From Archangiaceae bacterium (GTDB lineage Bacteria; Myxococcota; Myxococcia; Myxococcales; Myxococcaceae): a stretch of DNA of 13,624 nt. The stretch covers positions 1-13,624 of the forward strand of contig JAYVCD010000443.1 of NCBI GenBank assembly GCA_043750125.1, read 5' to 3'. Under the pieces are notes generated by a model. The model saw only the letters and a program-made list of their open reading frames with translations. It was not told where the DNA came from and did no database searches. Shown here in pieces: positions 1-7,022 of this stretch; within the stretch, counting starts at the first letter, position 1; the number at the start of each line of letters is the position of its first letter. The translations under genes were made by a program, and so were the position numbers.

Positions 1-2
1 TG

Positions 3-1229
3 TCGACCTACCGGTCGGAGCCCGATGGCGCCCGCGCGCTCTACCTGCTTTCGCAGGCGCACCGGCTTCCGGTGCACCGCGTCCAGCAGAGCCTCGACCT
101 GCTTTCGGATCAGGACAACCTGGTGCTGCTCGCCGTGGAGTTCTCGGAAAAGACCGAGGCCCCGTCTCCGCTTCCCGCGTCACTGAACGGGGGGAACGAT
201 GGCGGGGTGGATGATGACGACGACGACGCAGCGGCCGACGGCGAGGCTGAAGAAGACCGCCTTCACACCGGAGCCAACGCGATGCGCGCGCTGCCGGTCA
301 CCCCCGAAGAACGTGAAAAATTGCTCGCGCACATCAAGGCCGGCCACACCTTGATCTACGTCCCGTGGGGTCACCTCGAAAATCCGTTGCTCAAGGCCCT
401 CGGTGTAGCGCTGTGGAAAGCGGACAAGGCGCTCGAGGTCCGCACACTGGTCCCGGGCCAGCCGACTCCCTACACCCGCGCGGTCGAACGGGTCGAAGCC
501 AGGGTCCAGGCGTACCTCGGGCTTCCCCCGGGAGCCGTGCCGCTGCTGGTCGACGAGAAGCTGGGGGAAGCGGTGGCTGGGTGGGTGCCCTATGGGCAAG
601 GACAGGTGATCGTCATCGGCGCGCCCGACCTGGTGATGAACCGTTCGCTCGGGCATGCCGACAACGCGCAGTTCTGGCTCTCGCTGCTGAAGTCGGTCTC
701 GAAGACCGGCCCGGTCGGCGTCGATGAATTCCACCATGGCTTTACTTCCGAGCGCTCGATCGCCGATTTTGCCGCGCGCCACGGGCTGCAGTTCGCGGTG
801 CTTCAGCTGATCCTCGGGGTGTGCCTCTGGGCTGGAGCGCTGCGTCGCTTCGGCCGCCCCCGGGTGCTGACCGAAGACGTGCGCGTGGGCAGCACCGATG
901 CGCTGTTCGCCACCAGCCGGCTGTACCGCGAAGGCCGCCATTGCGCCCACGCGGCGAGCGCGATCCTCAAAGAGCTGATGGTCGAATATGCCGCCGTCGC
1001 TGCGTTGCCTTCTCGCAGCGACGTGCCCGAGATCTGCAATGCGTTGACGCTCAAGGGCCGCGCGGATCTCGCCGCTGCTCTGACCGATGTTCGTCGGGTC
1101 TGCGATGGGGTGTCGAGCGAGGCCGACGTTCAAGCGGTCGCCCGGCTGGCCGCGGCGGCGCGACGGTTGCTGCATGCGAAGAAGCCGCTTCCCCCTTCCC
1201 CGAGTCATGCGCAAGCTCGCGCGCCCTGA
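3..1229 (+). CDS. DUF4350-like membrane-anchored protein (5'-truncated by the window edge)
   Basis: The frame is open from position 3 (STYRSEPDGARALYLL, typical of the family N-terminal S-T-Y...P-x-G-x-x-A motif). It also has GQGQVIVIGAPDLVMNRSL..ADNAQF, DEFHHG, a hydrophobic helix followed by RRFGRP, and lies directly upstream of MoxR. The ORF-track start at 72 is internal. Confidence 0.8.
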   Translation, partial: STYRSEPDGARALYLLSQAHRLPVHRVQQSLDLLSDQDNLVLLAVEFSEKTEAPSPLPASLNGGNDGGVDDDDDDAAADGEAEEDRLHTGANAMRALPVTPEEREKLLAHIKAGHTLIYVPWGHLENPLLKALGVALWKADKALEVRTLVPGQPTPYTRAVERVEARVQAYLGLPPGAVPLLVDEKLGEAVAGWVPYGQGQVIVIGAPDLVMNRSLGHADNAQFWLSLLKSVSKTGPVGVDEFHHGFTSERSIADFAARHGLQFAVLQLILGVCLWAGALRRFGRPRVLTEDVRVGSTDALFATSRLYREGRHCAHAASAILKELMVEYAAVAALPSRSDVPEICNALTLKGRADLAAALTDVRRVCDGVSSEADVQAVARLAAAARRLLHAKKPLPPSPSHAQARAP

Positions 1230-1234
1230 TCCAC

Positions 1235-1240
1235 GAGGAG
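1235..1240 (+). promoter_or_regulatory. Shine-Dalgarno site of the MoxR gene
   Basis: GAGGAG ending 4 nt before the ATG at 1245. Confidence 0.6.
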
Positions 1241-1244
1241 CTTC

Positions 1245-2264
1245 ATGACGCCCCCCGGAACTCTGCTGTCCCCCCCGCCGCTGGATTCTTCCCCGCCGCA
1301 CCTGAGCCCCGCGGTTCAGCTGGCGAACGCGGTGCGCGAGGCCGCGCTGGCTGAAATCCGGAAGGCGGTGGTGGGTCAGGACGAAGCGCTCGAGCTGATG
1401 CTCTGCGGGTTGATCGCGGGGGGCCACGTGCTGCTCGAAGGCGTGCCTGGCACCGCGAAGACCCTGATGGCCAGGGCGCTGGCGAAGAGCGTCAGCGCCG
1501 AGTTCAAGCGCATTCAATTCACCCCGGACATGATGCCGGCCGACATCCTCGGGACCAGCATCTTCGACCTCAAGAGCCAGCAGTTCGTGCTGGTGCGGGG
1601 GCCGATCTTCACCGACCTGCTGCTCGCCGATGAGATCAACCGGGCTCCGGCGAAGACCCAGTCGGCGCTGCTCGAGGCGATGCAGGAACGCTCGGTGTCG
1701 CTGGAAGGGCGGCACTCGCAGCTGTCGCCCTTGTTCACCGTCTTCGCTACCCAGAACCCGGTCGAGTCGGAAGGAACCTACCCGTTGCCCGAGGCGCAGC
1801 TCGATCGCTTCCTGTTCAAGATCGACATCGGCTACCCCAGCGATGCCGAGGAAGAGCAGATCTTGAACGCGGTGCACAAAGGGTTCGACTCGGGAGACCT
1901 CAACAAGGCCGGAGTGGCTTCGGCGGTGACCCGCGAGCAGGTGCTGGCGGCGCGTGAGGCCTTGCAGTCGGTCACCCTCGAGCAGCCGGTGCTCAACTAC
2001 GTGCGCAAGCTGGTCGCCGCGACGCGAAACAGCTCGCGCATTCGATTGGGCGCAGGCCCTCGCGCGGGAGTTCACCTGTTGCTCGCCTCGAAGGCATTGG
2101 CGGCGTTGCGGGGGCGCGGCTTCGTGACGCCCGACGACGTTCGGTACCTCGCCGGTCCAGTGCTGAAGCACCGGCTGTTGCTTTCGCCCGACGCGGAGCT
2201 CGACGGCGCCACCCCGGCCGACGTGCTGAAGGGAGTGGTCAGCTCGGTCGAAGTGCCCCGGTAG
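1245..2264 (+). CDS. moxR: MoxR family AAA+ ATPase (MoxR-proper type)
   Basis: Walker [29 protein letters not shown], Walker [47 protein letters not shown] and C-terminal GAGPRA..VTPDDV..VLKHRL. Confidence 0.95.
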   Translation: MTPPGTLLSPPPLDSSPPHLSPAVQLANAVREAALAEIRKAVVGQDEALELMLCGLIAGGHVLLEGVPGTAKTLMARALAKSVSAEFKRIQFTPDMMPADILGTSIFDLKSQQFVLVRGPIFTDLLLADEINRAPAKTQSALLEAMQERSVSLEGRHSQLSPLFTVFATQNPVESEGTYPLPEAQLDRFLFKIDIGYPSDAEEEQILNAVHKGFDSGDLNKAGVASAVTREQVLAAREALQSVTLEQPVLNYVRKLVAATRNSSRIRLGAGPRAGVHLLLASKALAALRGRGFVTPDDVRYLAGPVLKHRLLLSPDAELDGATPADVLKGVVSSVEVPR

Positions 2265-2274
2265 TGGGCGCGCC

Positions 2275-3584
2275 GTGATTCCCACCGGGCGCCTGTGGGT
2301 CACCGCCTGCCTGCTGGCGCTGCCCTCGATCGTCGCGGGCTTTTTGCCCGGGCTGTGGACGGCGGTTCTGCTGCTCGATGGGGTGCTGCTCGCACCGCGT
2401 TGACCGACTTCCTCATCGCCCGCCGCACGCCACTGAAGCTGTGGCGCACGCTTCCCAACCGGCTGCAGGGGGGGGTGGTCAACAAGATCGAGCTCGAGGT
2501 GATCAACAGCGGCGGCCGCGTCGCGCTGCTGCAGATCAAAGACGACGCGCCCCCCGAGTTCGCCGTCGAGCCCGACCTGCTCGCGCTGCACGTCGCAGCC
2601 GCGAGCCGAGCCCGAATGCACTACCGCGCGACGCCCGCCAAGCGGGGCAAGTTTCAGTTCGGCGATCTGCACCTGCGCGTGCGCGGACCGTTGGGTTTGA
2701 TGTGGCACGAGCGCCTGGTCCCTGCGAAGACTCCGGTGTCGGTCTTCCCCGACATGCGCGGAGCCAGCCGGCTGCTGCTGGCCGATGCCGCGCTGGACAT
2801 GGTGAACCTTGGGTTGCGAAAGCTGCGGCGCGACGGGCGCGGTTCGGAATTCGCCCGACTGCGCGACTACGCCCAGGGCGACTCGGTGCGCGAGGTCGAC
2901 TGGAAGGCCACCGCTCGCCGCGGTCGCCCGGTGACCCGGGTGATGGAATCCGAACGCTCGCAGACGATCTTGATTGGAGTCGATGCAGGCCGTTCGATGG
3001 CGGCCCGGGTCGAGGGCCTCACCAAGCTCGATCACGCCGTCAACGCGGCGCTGTTTCTGGCGTTCGTCGCGGTGCGAAACGGAGACCGGGTCGGACTGGT
3101 CGTCTTTGCCGATGGAATCAAAGGTTTTCTCGCCCCCGCGGCCGGCCGCGCGCAGTACCGGAAGATCGTCGACGCGCTCTACTCGGCCAAACCGCACCTG
3201 ACCTACGTCGACTACCTCGCGCTGTTCAAAGAGCTCAACGTCCGCCTGGTCCGACGCAGCCTGCTGTGTGTCTTCACCGACTTCATCGATGAGGACCAGG
3301 CGGCCACGATGGTCGACCCGCTGCGGCGGCTGGCCAAACGCCACATCCCGCTGTGCCTCTCGGTGAAGGACACCGCGCTGGCCCACCTGCTGCAAACAGC
3401 CCCCCCCGACACCGAGATTGCTTTTCAACACGCGGTTGCAAGCGAGCTGCTGCTCGAGCGTGAGCTGATCAAGCGGAGGATCTCGCAAGGGAACGTGGTG
3501 CAGATGATCGACGTGAACCCGGACGAGCTTTCGCTGGCTGCGGTCAATAAGTACCTGGAAATCAAAGCGCGCGGCACGTTGTGA
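2275..3584 (+). CDS. DUF58 / VWA-like MoxR partner protein, frameshifted near 2393 (pseudogene or sequence error)
   Basis: GTG 2275 gives MIPTGRLWVTACLLALPSIVAGFLPGLWTAVLLLDGVLLA (two TM-like segments) and stops at TGA 2401-2403. The body continues in another frame: TALTDFLIARR...RGKFQFGDLHLRVRGPLGL...GSEFARLRDYAQGDSVREVDWKATAR...VDAGRSM...GDRVGLVVF...VFTD. Confidence 0.88.
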
Positions 3585-3603
3585 CTCGGCCGAGGATGAA
3601 ACG

Positions 3604-4044
3604 ATGATCGTCTTTTGTCCCAACTGCGGCACTCAGAACGCCGGCGTCCCCGGGGCGCGCGCCCGCTGCACGGCTTGCGCGTCGACCTTCGATGTCCCGT
3701 CCGAGTCGGGGTCCGCTCCGCTTCCCCGAGCGAGCCCACGGGTTGCGACCCAGGAGGCCCCGGCATTCGCAGCACCCTCGGTGCCGGCACAGATTCGCGC
3801 GGTCGGCGGCCAGAAGACCAATGTGCTGGCGGTCGTCTCGTTGGTATCGGGGATCATCTGTTGCGTGCCAGTCCTCTCACCCGGCCTGGCCCTCGGCTGC
3901 GGGTGGGGCGCGCTGAAACAGATCGACGCCGCGCCTTCAGAACAAACAGGCCGCGGGCTGGCGATCGCCGGGATTCTTCTCGGGGCGATTACCGCCCTGG
4001 TTCAGCTGTTGGGGATCCTCGGGGCGTTGTTTCGTCGCCTATGA
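3604..4044 (+). CDS. Zinc-ribbon + DUF4190-like two-TM membrane protein
   Basis: N-terminal CPNC...CTAC, a Pro/Ala linker, then KTNVLAVVSLVSGI...ALKQI...GRGLAIAGILLG (DUF4190-type pattern). GAGGA at 3592-3596. Confidence 0.75.
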   Translation: MIVFCPNCGTQNAGVPGARARCTACASTFDVPSESGSAPLPRASPRVATQEAPAFAAPSVPAQIRAVGGQKTNVLAVVSLVSGIICCVPVLSPGLALGCGWGALKQIDAAPSEQTGRGLAIAGILLGAITALVQLLGILGALFRRL

Positions 4045-4280
4045 AAAAGGGCGTCCAACGCACGTCGCTCGCCGAAACCGGCCGCACCGAGGCTGAGTAC
4101 TGGATGCGGCGTTCAGTGCAGGAGCGCCTGACGGCTCTCGAGCAGATACGCTGCGCAGCGCATGGATCTGGCGCCCGACTTCAGAGAGTTCTTGTCGTTA
4201 CTTCTCTCGAAGGACGTGCGCTTTCTGCTGGTAGGCGCCCACGCGCTCGCGGTCCACGGGCGGCCCCGGTACACCGGTGA
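4041..4280 (+). CDS. Small hypothetical protein (79 aa), probable partner of the downstream nucleotidyltransferase
   Basis: ATG overlaps the upstream stop (ATGA 4041-4044). The sequence MKKGVQRTSLAETGRTEAEYWMRRSVQERLTALEQIR...ARLQRV resembles the YW..R...ERL.ALE.LR small proteins I recall preceding this NTase type. It is the 3' part of the ORF-track entry 3615..4280. Confidence 0.55.
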   Translation: MKKGVQRTSLAETGRTEAEYWMRRSVQERLTALEQIRCAAHGSGARLQRVLVVTSLEGRALSAGRRPRARGPRAAPVHR

Positions 4281-4548
4281 TCTCGACGTCTGGGTCTCGC
4301 CTACCCCCGCAAACTCCAAGCGCCTGATCGCTGCGCTTCGCGCTTTCGGGTTTGGTTCTCTGGGCCTCTCGACGAAAGACCGCCTGACCACCTCGATGGC
4401 TGGCCTTGAGATCCCGGTCCTGGGGCAAAAGGACTACGTCGCGAACAAGAAAGCGGCGGGGCGACCCAAGGATCTTCTAGATCTCGCGCTGCTCGAAGAG
4501 GCTCAGCCCAGGTCGCCAGTCACCCGACGCAAGCGCCGCCGCTCCTGA
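4162..4548 (+). CDS. Minimal nucleotidyltransferase (Pol-beta superfamily), apparently internally deleted and possibly a pseudogene
   Basis: PDFREFL...FLLVGAHALAVHGRPRYTGDLDVWV (G-x-x-A and DxD motifs) and C-terminal NKKAAGRPKDLLDL. The central strand segment with the third acidic residue seems to be missing between LSTKD and RLTT. Confidence 0.78.
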   Translation: MDLAPDFREFLSLLLSKDVRFLLVGAHALAVHGRPRYTGDLDVWVSPTPANSKRLIAALRAFGFGSLGLSTKDRLTTSMAGLEIPVLGQKDYVANKKAAGRPKDLLDLALLEEAQPRSPVTRRKRRRS

Positions 4549-5513
4549 CGCAGCAGCCCCGACAGCAGGTAGGCGTACACCCCTGAGCCGACGATCAATG
4601 CGAAGGTCACCTTGAAGGCCACCGACAACCGCGGCGGGTGAATCTGGGAAATCGAGCCTTCGATCATTCCGGCGAGAACGAACAGCGCGAGCGTCCCCAG
4701 CAGCAGCTTCACGGCGGTCACCGCTTCTTTGCGCACCGCCTGCCGTCGCGAGAGGCCCTTGGGAGCCACAAGCCCGCGGGCGATCACGAACCCGGCCGCT
4801 CCCGCGATGCAGATCGCCGAGATCTCTGGAATGGCGTGGGGAAGAATCCAGGCCCAGAACCAGCCCGCCATGCCTTTGGACGTGTAGACCCAGGCCAGCG
4901 CCCCCAGCAGGACCCCGTTGCCAAACAGCATGATCGCGGTCCCGACGCCGGCCGTGATCCCCAGCGCAAACGCGAGGAACGCCACCTGAATGTTGTGGGT
5001 GAAAAGGAAGCTCGAGAACGCGGCTTGTTCTTGAACCGAGGCTGTCTTGTCCGCCTCTTCCACCTCGCGCGCTTTGGGTTCCAACTTCTGGTGCTGCTCG
5101 GGGACCAGGTACGTGGCGGCCTCAGGGTCGAAGAGCATTCCCACCCAGCCGAAACCGTAGCCTGCGAGGAACACCAACAGCGAGGCGGCGTACGCGCGCC
5201 ATTCGGTGCGCATCACATCGGGGAAGCCGTACACCACGAACGCCTTCACGTCGGACCAGCGCGCGCGCTTGCCCGGGTAGGTCAAAGCGTAGGCCCGCCC
5301 GACCAGGTCGTTGAGGTAGCCGCTCACGTCCGCGGCGCCGGCCCGAGACCTCACCCAGAGCAGGTCGGACGAGGCGCTGCGGTAGAGCCGAGACAAAGAC
5401 CGGGCGTCTTCCAATTGCAGCGACTTGAGCCCTTTGAGCTCGGCTTGATCGAGCAGGTGCTCCAGCGTCACCCACCTGGGTCTTCGACCATCGACGAATT
5501 CGGCGATCTCCAT
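4503..5513 (-). CDS. Stage II sporulation protein M-like (DUF95) membrane protein
   Basis: FV..RRPRW..LE.LL, LYR..SSDL, YLNDLVGRAY, FLFTHNIQVAFLAFALG, NGVLLG, ILPHAIPEISAICIAGAAG and LFVLAGMIEG; multiple TM helices. Confidence 0.9.
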   Translation of the reverse strand: MEIAEFVDGRRPRWVTLEHLLDQAELKGLKSLQLEDARSLSRLYRSASSDLLWVRSRAGAADVSGYLNDLVGRAYALTYPGKRARWSDVKAFVVYGFPDVMRTEWRAYAASLLVFLAGYGFGWVGMLFDPEAATYLVPEQHQKLEPKAREVEEADKTASVQEQAAFSSFLFTHNIQVAFLAFALGITAGVGTAIMLFGNGVLLGALAWVYTSKGMAGWFWAWILPHAIPEISAICIAGAAGFVIARGLVAPKGLSRRQAVRKEAVTAVKLLLGTLALFVLAGMIEGSISQIHPPRLSVAFKVTFALIVGSGVYAYLLSGLLRQERRRLRRVTGDLG

Positions 5514-5522
5514 GGGGGCCAG

Positions 5523-5536
5523 AGTGTAGCTAAACT
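5523..5536. promoter_or_regulatory. Putative bidirectional promoter with back-to-back -10 hexamers
   Basis: Minus-strand TACACT (5528-5523) is 9 nt from ATG 5513; plus-strand TAAACT (5531-5536) is 10 nt from GTG 5547. Confidence 0.5.
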
Positions 5537-5546
5537 CGTTTCACCC

Positions 5547-6377
5547 GTGACCGAAGAGCGCTCGTTACTCGAAGGCACCCACTCGGTCCTGACTCCCGAA
5601 TACGTCGAGTTCGATTTCGTGCTCGCCGGCTTGTTCAGCCGGTTTCTGGCCTGGTGCATCGACACCCTGGTCACCCTGGCCGGGGCCTGCGCCCTGATGA
5701 TCGCCCTCTCGCTGGCGATGATCGCGTTCCCCGGCTTCGCGTCGGCGCTGGGAATCGTGGTCTGGTTTGCGCTCGATTGGGGCTACGCGATTTTCTTCGA
5801 GTGGCGCTGGAACGGTCAGACCGTCGGGAAGAAGGCGATGGGACTGCGGGTGATTCAGGAATCCGGAGTGCGGATCGGCTTCCTCCACGCCGTGCTGCGA
5901 AACCTGGCTCGCCCGGTGGACCGCCTGCCGCTGCTGTACGCAGTCGGGGGAGTCGCCGCCCTGTTCTCGAAATCGCAGCAGCGGCTGGGCGACATGCTGG
6001 CCGGCACGATCGTGGTGCGCGAACGGCGGCTGAAGGTCCCCGCTTCGATTGCGCGCCCCGAGGGTGAAATGGCCCTGCTCGACGACCCGCTGTTCCGCGC
6101 GCGGGTGGCCCGACTGTCAGCCGAGGAAGAAGCGCTGGTGTTCTCGGCTGCGCTGCGCCGCGAAGAGATGGGCCTCGAAGCGCGACTGTCGCTGTTCGCA
6201 GCGCTGAGCCAGCGGCTGCAGGACGAGGCAGACCTCTACAAGCCCCCCCACCTGTCAGACGAGAAGTTGGTGTTGCTGTGCGCGGCGGGGCTGGCCAAGC
6301 GCAACTCGGAGCGCAGCCTCACGGCAGGTCGAACGGGCCGCCCGCGCAACCTGCTGGGGCAACGCAACCTGCTCTAG
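5547..6377 (+). CDS. RDD family membrane protein
   Basis: TPEYVEFDFVLAGLFSRFLAWCID, YAIFFEWRWNGQTVGKKAMGLRVI, LRNLARPVD and QRLGDMLAGTIVVRE. Start placed at GTG 5547 because the upstream extension to 4638 is antisense to the SpoIIM-like gene. Confidence 0.9.
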   Translation: MTEERSLLEGTHSVLTPEYVEFDFVLAGLFSRFLAWCIDTLVTLAGACALMIALSLAMIAFPGFASALGIVVWFALDWGYAIFFEWRWNGQTVGKKAMGLRVIQESGVRIGFLHAVLRNLARPVDRLPLLYAVGGVAALFSKSQQRLGDMLAGTIVVRERRLKVPASIARPEGEMALLDDPLFRARVARLSAEEEALVFSAALRREEMGLEARLSLFAALSQRLQDEADLYKPPHLSDEKLVLLCAAGLAKRNSERSLTAGRTGRPRNLLGQRNLL

Positions 6378-6922
6378 AAGTAGACGGCCACGCTGGCTCC
6401 GGCGCCGAGCGCGGGGCGAAGCGGAACGTTGAGCTCGATGAAGAGATCGAAGAAGCCGCGCGCTCCAATCGAGACGGTGTCGGCGATGAAGTAGTCCACC
6501 CCGGCCACCACGCCCGGGCCGATGAAGACGACGGTCGTCTGGGCCAGCAGCACGTACCCCGCCAGCTCGATTCCCGCGTAGGGCCGCAGGTTCTCTTCCG
6601 AGAAGAGGTAGCGAACGCCCAGGTGGCCCCCGGTTCCGAAGACCAGGCCCGCGCCACTGGCGGTCGCAGCGCCCGAGGTGACCGAGACGAGCATCAGGGG
6701 AACACGGGCAAAAATGTCGAACCCGTTCTCGATGTACAGCGAGCCTTCGAGGGTGAGCGGAAGCGCGTAGTCCACCCCGGTGGCGCCGGTCACTGACGAG
6801 CCGCCGAAGAGCTTCACGTAGCCCACCCCGGCTCCGAGGCTGCGGTTGGCAAACTGAGCGTGGGCCTCGCCGGCCACCAGCATTCCGAGCACTGCGACCC
6901 ACCCACCCAGCCTCTTGCGCAT
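6374..6922 (-). CDS. Small outer-membrane beta-barrel protein (probably 8-stranded)
   Basis: Start ATG 6922: MRKR, hydrophobic core, AHA/Q signal peptidase I site. Alternating Gly/aromatic strands (LGVRYLF, RPYAG, AGVDYF) and a C-terminal ASVAVYF beta-signal ending in Phe. Confidence 0.8.
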   Translation of the reverse strand: MRKRLGGWVAVLGMLVAGEAHAQFANRSLGAGVGYVKLFGGSSVTGATGVDYALPLTLEGSLYIENGFDIFARVPLMLVSVTSGAATASGAGLVFGTGGHLGVRYLFSEENLRPYAGIELAGYVLLAQTTVVFIGPGVVAGVDYFIADTVSIGARGFFDLFIELNVPLRPALGAGASVAVYF

Positions 6923-6983
6923 GTCGGCCGGCACAGTACCGCCTAACCTCACGAAATCAGCCGTCTTCTTGCACGCGCGACCG

Positions 6984-7012
6984 TTGCGACCCACCGAGCT
7001 GTTCTCTACACT
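6984..7012 (+). promoter_or_regulatory. Sigma70-type promoter for the TPR-FHA transcription unit
   Basis: TTGCGA (6984-6989), 17-nt spacer, TACACT (7007-7012), ending 10 nt before ATG 7023. Confidence 0.6.
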
Positions 7013-7022
7013 CTCGATCCCG

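Noticed and set aside
2468..2475. G8 tract in the DUF58 gene as a phase-variation switch or compensator of the frameshift
   Set aside because: It lies downstream of the premature TGA at 2401, so it cannot compensate. It is in frame, and such runs are expected at this GC content.
180..3632. 1150-aa minus-strand ORF
   Set aside because: It is codon-aligned antisense to three plus-strand genes that share one frame. GC-rich genes rarely use TTA/CTA/TCA, so the antisense frame stays open. It has no recognisable motifs.
4503..5513. Sporulation role for the SpoIIM-like gene
   Set aside because: The DUF95 family name is historical; the context here is a MoxR/RDD cluster in a diderm organism.
4638..5546. 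Long N-terminal extension of the RDD ORF
   Set aside because: Antisense shadow of the SpoIIM-like gene; RDD-like sequence begins only at about 5547.
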